Assembly (NCBI GenBank): GCA_003516025.1
Contig: CP023991.1
Location: 1-32,000 of the forward strand
DNA length: 32,000 nucleotides
Reading direction: 5' to 3'
From: Candidatus Saccharimonadota bacterium
GTDB taxonomy: Bacteria > Patescibacteriota > Saccharimonadia > Saccharimonadales > UBA4665
Shown piece by piece: positions 24,395 to 31,585 of this stretch. The notes under the pieces are model-generated. The model was not told the origin of the DNA. It saw nothing but the letters and a program-made list of their open reading frames with translations, and searched no databases. The translations under genes were made by a program, and so were the position numbers. The number at the start of each line of letters is the position of its first letter. Position 1 is the first letter of the stretch.

Positions 24395-25063
24395 TTATGC
24401 CTGGGCAAACACCATGGCATGAATACGGCGGGCACCCGCCGCGCGCAGGACGCTGGCGCAGGCATCTATGGTAGCGCCGGTGGTAACCACATCGTCAATT
24501 AACAAGATTGACGCTCCATGAATATCTGAGCCATGAACCGCTCGGAAGTCACTGCCTAGTTGACTGGTACGCTGCGCACGATTGGCGCCAATCTGTTGAT
24601 GACGACCAGCCCGGGCCAGCAGAGGAATACAGGGGAGGCCATAGGCAGCTGCGAATGCCCGGGCAATCAATCGAGCCTGGTCGTACCCGCGTTGGCGCAC
24701 ATGCGTGGTAGCCGTAGGCACGTAGGTGACGACAGTATTATCAGCGACAGGAAGGAGCCGCTGTTTTGCCATAAGGGTTCCGATTTCCGCTGCGGCTGCC
24801 CGGGCCCGGCCAAATTTCAGCCTCCATATCAGCTCTTTGGCGATGCCCTGGTAGCAGGCGACCGGAAAGACGGCCGCCACGCTGGTTTCCTCGAAACACA
24901 GCTGGCAGGTAGCGAAGTCCCGATTGCCGGCCATACAGCGGTAGCAGCGCGGTGTCGCAGGAGGTAAGGATCGTGCGCACTGGCGGCATATCAGGCTGCC
25001 CTCGGAGCCACAACCCAGACAGTCATGGGGAGCCAACAGGGAGAGGAGGGGTGTAAGAAGCAT
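24395..25063 (-). CDS. comF: ComF-family phosphoribosyltransferase-like competence protein
   Basis: N-terminal zinc-finger-like CLGCGSEGSLICRQC..CYRC..C and a C-terminal PRTase loop ILLIDDVVTTGATI. This architecture is typical of ComFC. Confidence 0.8.
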   Translation of the reverse strand: MLLTPLLSLLAPHDCLGCGSEGSLICRQCARSLPPATPRCYRCMAGNRDFATCQLCFEETSVAAVFPVACYQGIAKELIWRLKFGRARAAAAEIGTLMAKQRLLPVADNTVVTYVPTATTHVRQRGYDQARLIARAFAAAYGLPCIPLLARAGRHQQIGANRAQRTSQLGSDFRAVHGSDIHGASILLIDDVVTTGATIDACASVLRAAGARRIHAMVFAQA

Positions 25064-25104
25064 AGGCGTTGTGATTAATGTGTTGTAAATACTGCTTATT
25101 CTTG

Positions 25105-25133
25105 TTGCAAGGTGTTTTATATGCGACTATACT
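25105..25133 (+). promoter_or_regulatory. promoter TTGCAA-17-TATACT for hsp20
   Basis: TTGCAA at 25105-25110 and TATACT at 25128-25133. The ~85-nt leader ends in an AGGAGA SD. Confidence 0.55.
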
Positions 25134-25222
25134 TTTAATAACACAAAAATGCAGCTGGTTCAAAATCAGGCAAAAATAACTCCAAAATATTCATAGTTTT
25201 TTAATTACGTAGGAGAACCACT

Positions 25223-25711
25223 ATGGCGCGACGCTCTCGCGACGATGACGACCTTTTGATGGAAGAGGATGAACTGACTGCAGCTTTCCTGGGCGACGAC
25301 GACCTTGGCGGTCCGATCGAACGAAGTAACCCAGGCTCTGCTCAGGCACCCGCTCCGGCAGAAGAATGGGACGAAGAAGACAGCGTTCCTGGCCAGTTGG
25401 CAGTTGATGTATACGAAACGAAGGAAAAGCTTGTCGTTAAAGCCCGCACCGCTGGCGTAAACAAGCACGATCTTGATGTCAGTATCTCTGATAATACGCT
25501 TACTATCCGCGGTACGCTTAGCGCCGGTAACGAAGACGACGTCGAAAACTACTTCCTGCAGGAGTGTTACTGGGGTGAATTCTCACGCAGCATCGCGCTG
25601 CCGGTTCCAGTCAAGGAAGAGGAGATCGAAGCCGTTCTCAAAGATGGCGTCCTGACCATCAGCTTCGGCAAGGTCAAGCAGGATACCGTAAAGAAAATTC
25701 AGATTCTCTAG
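25223..25711 (+). CDS. Hsp20/alpha-crystallin family small heat-shock protein
   Basis: Alpha-crystallin domain: LAVDVYETKEKLVVKARTAGVNKHDLDVSISDNTLTIRG ... GEFSRSIALPVPVKEEEIEAVLKDGVLTISF. The N-terminus is acidic. Confidence 0.88.
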   Translation: MARRSRDDDDLLMEEDELTAAFLGDDDLGGPIERSNPGSAQAPAPAEEWDEEDSVPGQLAVDVYETKEKLVVKARTAGVNKHDLDVSISDNTLTIRGTLSAGNEDDVENYFLQECYWGEFSRSIALPVPVKEEEIEAVLKDGVLTISFGKVKQDTVKKIQIL

Positions 25712-25727
25712 GGTATACGGCCCTTAT

Positions 25728-25763
25728 AAAAAACATCCCTTATAATGGGGGATGTTTTTTATT
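25728..25763 (+). terminator. rho-independent terminator after hsp20
   Basis: AAAAAACATCCC-TTATAAT-GGGGATGTTTTTT followed by ATTT. Confidence 0.8.
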
Positions 25764-25790
25764 TCACAGGCATCCGGGCAAGGTTTCAAT

Positions 25791-25821
25791 GCAAACGAAA
25801 ACCCCGCTCTTACGAGCGGGG
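25791..25821 (-). terminator. rho-independent terminator closing the pilin-like gene array
   Basis: Minus strand reads CCCCGCTC-GTAA-GAGCGGGG followed by TTTTCGTTT, about 30 nt after the stop of the last array gene. Confidence 0.75.
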
Positions 25822-25853
25822 CAGTGTAGGCGAAAGGTTCGCGGGTCCGGTTA

Positions 25854-26276
25854 TTAGCCGTCGAGGCCGGAAGCCTGGCCAAGTACGAAACGGACGATGA
25901 ACTGTGCCAAGGCAACGATCACCAAACCAACGAGGGCGTAGATGATAGTGTTCTTAGCACCAGATACGTTGCCAGAGTCGCCACCAGAGGTGATGTATTT
26001 TAGACCACCGATGATGATCATGATGACAGCAATAACACCAACGATGATTGAGAAGATGTTAATAACACGCTTCAGCAGGGTGCTAACGTTGTTAGCGGCG
26101 GTTTGACCTTCGGCTTCGGCATCACAAGTACCGGTAGCGTTCAGGTTGACGCCCTGACACAGGCTACCCTGAATATCAGTATCCTGAGCATAGACAGCGA
26201 CTGGTACCAAAGCTGGGGCAGCGAAGGTGAACAGCGCGGCAACTGCGATAAGCATATTACGTACTTTTGAGATCAT
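25854..26276 (-). CDS. VirB2/TrbC-like T4SS pilin-family protein, paralog 6 of 6 (140 aa)
   Basis: Signal peptide ending VAVYA-QD, a two-Cys loop (CQGVNLNATGTC), then a two-TM hairpin with GGLKYITSGGDSGNVSGAKNTIIYALVGLV. Own promoter at 26311-26340 and an AAAGG SD. Confidence 0.75.
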   Translation of the reverse strand: MISKVRNMLIAVAALFTFAAPALVPVAVYAQDTDIQGSLCQGVNLNATGTCDAEAEGQTAANNVSTLLKRVINIFSIIVGVIAVIMIIIGGLKYITSGGDSGNVSGAKNTIIYALVGLVIVALAQFIVRFVLGQASGLDG

Positions 26277-26310
26277 ATAGAACCTTTCATTACTTTCTTA
26301 TTTTAATCAA

Positions 26311-26340
26311 TTTATACCACAATACCTACCTGCTTTGCAA
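26311..26340 (-). promoter_or_regulatory. internal promoter TTGCAA-18-TGgTATAAA ahead of the last pilin-like gene
   Basis: The only sizeable gap in the array is 84 nt (26277-26360). The -35 is 26335-26340. The extended -10 runs 26311-26319, with the hexamer at 26311-26316. Confidence 0.5.
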
Positions 26341-26360
26341 GCATAAGTATTATCTAGGAA

Positions 26361-26744
26361 TTATACTGAACCGAGGGCGAATTTAACAATTACTTGGGCC
26401 AGGGCCGCTACGACAATGCCGACCAGAGCATAAGTAAGAGCACTCTTGGCACCCGAAACTTTACTGCTGTCACCGCCAGAGGTTATATAGCGTAATCCAG
26501 ATATCACGATCATAATCACAGCCGCGATACCAATGATATAGCTTAGGATATTGATGATAGCCTTTACCACACTGGCGATATCGACGCCCGTGCCGCCGTT
26601 ACAGTCGTTGCCGGCATTAATGGATTGGCAAACCTCGGTTTTTGGGTCAGCCGCAAAGACAGGTGCGGTTACCAATGGCGCCACGCCGAACCCGATCGTC
26701 AGGGCCATTACTCCAGTCATTATCAATTGTTTGATTCGTTGCAT
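26361..26744 (-). CDS. VirB2/TrbC-like pilin-family protein, paralog 5 of 6 (127 aa)
   Basis: Signal peptide ending APVFA-AD, two-Cys loop CQSINAGNDC and hairpin motif SGLRYITSGGDSSKVSGAKSALTYALVGIV. It starts 3 nt after the upstream stop. Confidence 0.75.
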   Translation of the reverse strand: MQRIKQLIMTGVMALTIGFGVAPLVTAPVFAADPKTEVCQSINAGNDCNGGTGVDIASVVKAIINILSYIIGIAAVIMIVISGLRYITSGGDSSKVSGAKSALTYALVGIVVAALAQVIVKFALGSV

Positions 26745-26747
26745 ACG

Positions 26748-27137
26748 TTATACCTTGCTTAATACAAATTTTAATATTGCTTGCGCCGTCAGGACGATCA
26801 CTACGCCAACCACCGCGCCGATTAATGCCGACTTGGCACTGGCTACCTTACTGGCTTCACCGTTGGCGGTAATAAAGTAAAAGCCGCTGAGCAGCACCAT
26901 GATAACGGCGGCGATACCGGCTACGTTAGCCACGATACGGGTAACCTTATACAGGATACCATTGGGGCCACTGACTGGATCAGCGGTCTTATTCTTGTCG
27001 GTACATACAGCCGATGAGCCCGAGTTGTTGCCGCCAACCTGACAGGCTTCATTAAGCGGATCATAGGCGACTGCCGAAGCAGCAGGTAAGGCGACGCAAC
27101 TGAATATAAGCGCCAGGGCAATGATAAAACGTTTCAT
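26748..27137 (-). CDS. VirB2/TrbC-like pilin-family protein, paralog 4 of 6 (129 aa)
   Basis: Signal peptide ending ASAVA-YD, two-Cys loop CQVGGNNSGSSAVC and hairpin motif SGFYFITANGEASKVASAKSALIGAVVGVV. TAATG stop/start overlap with the upstream gene. SD is AAGGGGGTG. Confidence 0.75.
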   Translation of the reverse strand: MKRFIIALALIFSCVALPAASAVAYDPLNEACQVGGNNSGSSAVCTDKNKTADPVSGPNGILYKVTRIVANVAGIAAVIMVLLSGFYFITANGEASKVASAKSALIGAVVGVVIVLTAQAILKFVLSKV

Positions 27138-27421
27138 TACGACACCCCCTTTACGACAAACGTTACGATCGAGAAAGCCATCAGCGAGACGACAAGCCCG
27201 ACCAGAGCATAAATGATAGTGTTCTTAGCTTGCGAGACAGCGCTTGGATCTCCGTGCGCTAAAACATAACGCAGGCCGCCAATAACGATCATCAACAGAG
27301 CGATAGAGCCGGTTATCGAGAACACAATGCTCAAAATATTATCAATAGAGGCCTGGTTGGCCTGAGCTTTCGGCAACCCTTCAGTGGTTATAACTTGTGC
27401 GAAATGATACAGACTATTCAT
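27137..27421 (-). CDS. VirB2/TrbC-like pilin-family protein, paralog 3 of 6 (94 aa), with no signal peptide and no Cys
   Basis: Starts with polar MNSLYHFAQVITTEGLPKAQ, then goes directly into the hairpin GGLRYVLAHGDPSAVSQAKNTIIYALVGLV. SD is GGGTGGA. Confidence 0.7.
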   Translation of the reverse strand: MNSLYHFAQVITTEGLPKAQANQASIDNILSIVFSITGSIALLMIVIGGLRYVLAHGDPSAVSQAKNTIIYALVGLVVSLMAFSIVTFVVKGVS

Positions 27422-27426
27422 ATATA

Positions 27427-27822
27427 TTATCCACCCAACCGGTTGCCCAGGAACGCTACCAGGCTAACAGCTATTAATGATACGACCAAGCCAATCAGGG
27501 CATTGATGATGGTCTGCTGCGCCTTGCTGGTCTGGTCGGGCGCGCCCTGACTGGTAACATAGGTAATACCGCCGTAAATAATAAATCCTACGGCAACCAA
27601 GGCGGCGACACGAAGCAGGTCGTCAACGATAACCAGCCCGATGAGCAGAAAATCGCTGCGGTTACCGAGAACCTGAAAATTTGTGACTTCGCAAGCGCCA
27701 GTCTGCGGGTTAGCCTGTAGATTAAGGTACTGGTACCACGGCTTAAGGCCGAAGAAGGTCGGCCGGTCCGTACAAGCCGCGGCGAAGTTCTGCACGAGCG
27801 GACTGATAAGCGAAGCGAACAT
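27427..27822 (-). CDS. VirB2/TrbC-like pilin-family protein, paralog 2 of 6 (131 aa)
   Basis: Atypical N-terminus MFASLISPLVQNFAAAC and two Cys (ACTDRP...GACEV). Hairpin motif is YGGITYVTSQGAPDQTSKAQQTIINALIGLV. SD is AGGAGGA. It starts 1 nt after the upstream stop. Confidence 0.7.
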   Translation of the reverse strand: MFASLISPLVQNFAAACTDRPTFFGLKPWYQYLNLQANPQTGACEVTNFQVLGNRSDFLLIGLVIVDDLLRVAALVAVGFIIYGGITYVTSQGAPDQTSKAQQTIINALIGLVVSLIAVSLVAFLGNRLGG

Positions 27823-27823
27823 A

Positions 27824-28264
27824 CTAAATGATTCCTCCTGGGATTAAGAAGTTGAGTAGCGCGTACAGGAAAAAGAAAGCAACCAGTGCCACGATGGCGT
27901 TGATGATCCATTTCTTACCGGAGGCGACTTTTTGCGGATCGCCACCTGAACTACCATACTGAATACCACCGTAAATAATCGCGATTACTACCGCGACACC
28001 AAAAAAGGCCGCTATAAAGCGGATCGCCGGATTGAGGTACGTCTTAATAAGACCGCAATCGCTCACATTGGCGCAGTCACCACCGCCAAGAGCAGGGTCG
28101 CAGGAATCGCGCTGTACCCGCTCAACCCCATCATCACTGGCTTCAGTAGAGGATGGGTCAGCGCATGTCGCGGCATATGCTTGGCTGGGAGTAGATACCA
28201 GGCCAATGCATGCCGAAGCGACAATGGCGAGTATGAGGAGTCGGAGCATTTTCATTTTTTGCAT
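27824..28264 (-). CDS. VirB2/TrbC-like pilin-family protein, paralog 1 of 6 (146 aa from MQKMKM)
   Basis: Signal peptide MQKMKMLRLLILAIVASACIGLVSTPSQAYA-AT and a four-Cys ectodomain. Hairpin motif is YGGIQYGSSGGDPQKVASGKKWIINAIVALV. The track start 28366 would run through the promoter region. Confidence 0.7.
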   Translation of the reverse strand: MQKMKMLRLLILAIVASACIGLVSTPSQAYAATCADPSSTEASDDGVERVQRDSCDPALGGGDCANVSDCGLIKTYLNPAIRFIAAFFGVAVVIAIIYGGIQYGSSGGDPQKVASGKKWIINAIVALVAFFFLYALLNFLIPGGII

Positions 28265-28282
28265 TTTATGAACCTGTAAGTA

Positions 28283-28311
28283 ATTATTAGCTTTTTTGGA
28301 CCGGTTTGCAA
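28283..28311 (-). promoter_or_regulatory. promoter TTGCAA-17-AATAAT for the pilin-like array
   Basis: The -35 is 28306-28311 and the -10 is 28283-28288 (minus strand), about 19 nt upstream of ATG 28264. Confidence 0.4.
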
Positions 28312-28359
28312 GTCTTAACCTTGATACATATATATAAGCATAGACTATGTATAAATTTT

Positions 28360-28388
28360 TACACACACTTGCGCCATTATGGTATAGT
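28360..28388 (+). promoter_or_regulatory. extended -10 promoter TACACA-17-TGgTATAGT for the VirB6-like operon
   Basis: TGGTATAGT at 28380-28388 with a weak -35 TACACA at 28360-65. It diverges from the array promoter. Confidence 0.45.
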
Positions 28389-28436
28389 TACTTAGTAATG
28401 AGTAGCTTTGGTGTGGGCCAGCAATACTGACATAAT

Positions 28437-31070
28437 ATGAAAAACTTTTTCAAACGGCGAAAATATCAGATTGCCATGTTTTTAGTGGCGACGTTTGCCC
28501 TAGGCGGACTATTCGCATTAGTTCCTACCTCTCAGGCTGAAGCAGCCGATGGCTGGGTAGTGGTCGAGAATGGCAACCGCACGGCTCAATGGGTCGCCCC
28601 GGACAAGATAGTATACGGCGGCCAGACATTCGTTGACAGCAATACCGGGGACAATAACTGGAATTTCGAATACAAATACGTACGGGACGGTGGGGTCGTA
28701 GGGCTTGACGACTGTGAGAGCAAAATTTGGTTCAACGTAAACCCGTACGGCGTTAACGGCGGCCAGAACGCGCGTGCCACCGTTGAAACAACCAACGGTG
28801 GCGGGGCTATTGCATGTAGCGCGACATTCACCGACGAGGCACTGCAGTTAACGAACCGGGTTACCCGCTGTAACGGCGACGCGGCCTGTGTACAGCAGGC
28901 TGCTCAGGAACAGTGTGGCACGACCGGAAGCGCGGATAGTATTAGTACCTGTATGGCCAATGTCACGCAGCAGGGTAATACCGCTCCGACGACTGGTGGC
29001 GCCGGCTCTACGGGAGGACAGTCGGCCGAAGACTCCAGCACTGGCTGTGATTTTGGTGGCAATCCCTTAACCTGGATCATTTGTCCGACAATTGGGATTT
29101 TAGAAGTCATGATCCAGAAAGTGGATGACTTTATTATGTCTTCACTGACTTTCGACACCGAGAATGTCTTTAAGACAGACGGTGGTTATTATGCCGCCTG
29201 GAACTCATTCAGAGTTATCGCTACCAGCTTGCTGGTTATCGTAGGTATCGTTATGGTGACCTCGCAGGCTCTGGGATTCGAGTTCCTCGATGCCTACACT
29301 ATTAAAAAAGTACTGCCGAGATTACTGATTGCGATTATTGGCATGACCCTGTCGTGGCCGCTCATGAAATTCGCGATTGAATTCTTTAACACGTTAGGGA
29401 CCGACGTTCGTAGCCTGATATATAGTCCGTTCGGAGCGGAGATACAAGGCACCCTAGGGGGAAGCACGCTATTCGTATTTAACGCCGCGACCATCGCCGC
29501 GTTAGTCGCATTAGGGCCGGGAGGAATACTGTCATTCCTCGTTACCGCCGCGCTAGCCGTACTGGTTGGTTTTGTTATTATCCTTGTCCGTTACCTGGCA
29601 ATCATTGTGCTGGTAGTGTTCGCGCCAATTGCCATAGCCGCTTTCATATTGCCAAATACCAACAAGATTTGGGACTTGTGGAGAACCAACTTTATCGGCT
29701 TATTACTGGTGTTCCCAATTATTTCAGCCTTCATCGCGATCGGTAGAGTATTTTCGGCGGTTTCGCTTGGTGGCGGCGGACCTGATTCATTCGCGGCCGG
29801 TAGTATTGCCCAGATCGTTGGTTTTGTGGCTTATTTCTTACCATACTTCTTACTTCCTATCGCCTTCAGGCTTGCCACGGGAGTAATCGGTTCCATAGCC
29901 GGCTTCGTGAACGACAAAAACCGCGGTGCCTTCGACCGGCTCAAAAAGTATCGCCAGAACGCTTACGCCACTCATGGTGGCGTTCGCATGGAGCGTGGCA
30001 AAGAACGTGCTCTGCAACAAAAATACCGGGCATATAACAACCTCCAGAATGCCAGTGGTGGACGCGTCAAACGGTTTGCTGCCCGCAGGGCAGCGGGGGC
30101 GATAGGCGGGTTCAACATTGAATCACAGGTATCTGCCAACAATGCTAAAAACGCCAAGATGATTGACGATCAGACAGCCAACGGGCCCGATAACTTAGTC
30201 CGTGCCTACACGGTCAATAAAAGCTACGCTGATAAATTATTGGCTAGTGGCGACTCACGCGCCTCTGACTTCGTCCGTGTCAATAAAGACGCTGCCGGCA
30301 ATGAGATTGGTCGTGAATACCGTTCAGTCGGTGGCTCATGGCAAAGCGAAGCCGACGTATTAGCTTCTAACCGCGCCTTTGGCAACAACAACCATGCTGC
30401 TTTCCAAAAAGCACTTACCTACGAAATGGGTAAGGCCAACACGCAGGAGGAGCAGGATCACGTTGTCAGTTCTTACGGAGCAGCTGCTGCCCGCTTTGGC
30501 ATGACACAGCGCGAAGCAGGAGAGGTCTGGATAGGCTCAGCGTACGCTCAGCAGAACAGCAACCGCCAGTGGAAGCATCACAAGTGGTCAACCGGTTCAG
30601 ACGGCATGCTGCACAGTTCTGTTAACGGCCTCGGTATGATGCGCGAAATTGACGAGAAGCAGGGCAACTACCAGATGATGCAGCAGAGTGCCGATACCTG
30701 GACTACCATGGGTCAGGAAGTCGTTACCGCCCGGCAGGTTATGGACGGCTCGGTTACTGGTGACCGCGTCAAGGCCGAAGAGACCTTGCAGCGGGCCGCC
30801 CGCATCGCGCACGCGACACGTTCCGGCGGTATGTCCCGTTCACCTGTTACCGGCCAGGAAGGTGACGTTACCGGAGCAACGACCGGCGGTGGTGGAGAAG
30901 TTGGATCTGGTGCTCCTGGCCGTGTCATGGAAGAGATGAACCGCTTCGTTCAACTTACCGATATGCATGCAGGTAAGTACACTCCGCCGAAAGGCAGCTC
31001 AGCTCCGCCGACAGTTATTCCTGGCGACGTAAGCGAAGGGACTATAAACCGGCGTTCTCCAGATCGGTAA
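28437..31070 (+). CDS. VirB6/TrbL-like polytopic T4SS membrane protein with a Cys-rich ectodomain and a long hydrophilic C-terminal extension (877 aa)
   Basis: Signal peptide ending SQAEA-AD. A ~170-aa ectodomain carries 8 Cys. About 7-8 TM segments span residues ~210-490, with Gly/Ile/Phe-rich helices like TrbL/VirB6. A ~390-aa polar tail ends in Gly-rich TGATTGGGGEVGSGAPG. Confidence 0.65.
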   Translation: MKNFFKRRKYQIAMFLVATFALGGLFALVPTSQAEAADGWVVVENGNRTAQWVAPDKIVYGGQTFVDSNTGDNNWNFEYKYVRDGGVVGLDDCESKIWFNVNPYGVNGGQNARATVETTNGGGAIACSATFTDEALQLTNRVTRCNGDAACVQQAAQEQCGTTGSADSISTCMANVTQQGNTAPTTGGAGSTGGQSAEDSSTGCDFGGNPLTWIICPTIGILEVMIQKVDDFIMSSLTFDTENVFKTDGGYYAAWNSFRVIATSLLVIVGIVMVTSQALGFEFLDAYTIKKVLPRLLIAIIGMTLSWPLMKFAIEFFNTLGTDVRSLIYSPFGAEIQGTLGGSTLFVFNAATIAALVALGPGGILSFLVTAALAVLVGFVIILVRYLAIIVLVVFAPIAIAAFILPNTNKIWDLWRTNFIGLLLVFPIISAFIAIGRVFSAVSLGGGGPDSFAAGSIAQIVGFVAYFLPYFLLPIAFRLATGVIGSIAGFVNDKNRGAFDRLKKYRQNAYATHGGVRMERGKERALQQKYRAYNNLQNASGGRVKRFAARRAAGAIGGFNIESQVSANNAKNAKMIDDQTANGPDNLVRAYTVNKSYADKLLASGDSRASDFVRVNKDAAGNEIGREYRSVGGSWQSEADVLASNRAFGNNNHAAFQKALTYEMGKANTQEEQDHVVSSYGAAAARFGMTQREAGEVWIGSAYAQQNSNRQWKHHKWSTGSDGMLHSSVNGLGMMREIDEKQGNYQMMQQSADTWTTMGQEVVTARQVMDGSVTGDRVKAEETLQRAARIAHATRSGGMSRSPVTGQEGDVTGATTGGGGEVGSGAPGRVMEEMNRFVQLTDMHAGKYTPPKGSSAPPTVIPGDVSEGTINRRSPDR

Positions 31071-31131
31071 AAATTCTCACTTACTATTTCTTGATAACAT
31101 GGTCTAATAGTTTAGTAATTTAAGGACTTCT

Positions 31132-31551
31132 ATGGCCTCAGAACGATTTGACACTCCGGTCTACAATGTAATACCCGTGCAACATGAAGATGCCGAAGAT
31201 GGAAAATTCTTTCCATTCCATAACCCTGTTACGGATGCCGAGGGCATTTCCATGATAGTAGGGCTGGTTCCGGCTGCCGATTTGAGCGGTGGTGATCACT
31301 TTAAATATTTGGGCCAGAAAGTTGATCCACCAGTAGAAGTAATGCCTTTACATGGCGTCCGAGGCGATAAAGCGCTCTGGTTTGACTTAAGCACGGTCAA
31401 TGACTCCGCCGCAGCACAGCAGCGCCTTGAAACGGTCCGGCAACTCATGGAAAAGGTGATTAACGTAGGTACGGATCCTCTCGGCTATTTCGAGGCTCGA
31501 TATGAGACAACGAGCGTAACTGAAACACTAGATATCCGCCCGCTGACGTAG
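31132..31551 (+). CDS. hypothetical small acidic cytoplasmic protein, 139 aa
   Basis: ORF with an AAGGA SD 8 nt upstream and no TM segment. Its position between the VirB6-like and PrgI-like genes suggests a locus-specific accessory protein. Confidence 0.6.
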   Translation: MASERFDTPVYNVIPVQHEDAEDGKFFPFHNPVTDAEGISMIVGLVPAADLSGGDHFKYLGQKVDPPVEVMPLHGVRGDKALWFDLSTVNDSAAAQQRLETVRQLMEKVINVGTDPLGYFEARYETTSVTETLDIRPLT

Positions 31552-31568
31552 TCCGTAACGAAATATTT

Positions 31569-31577
31569 TGCTATACT
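31569..31577 (+). promoter_or_regulatory. extended -10 TGcTATACT, 8 nt upstream of the PrgI-like ATG
   Basis: TGCTATACT at 31569-31577, then AAGCATAA, then ATG 31586. No SD. Confidence 0.4.
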
Positions 31578-31585
31578 AAGCATAA

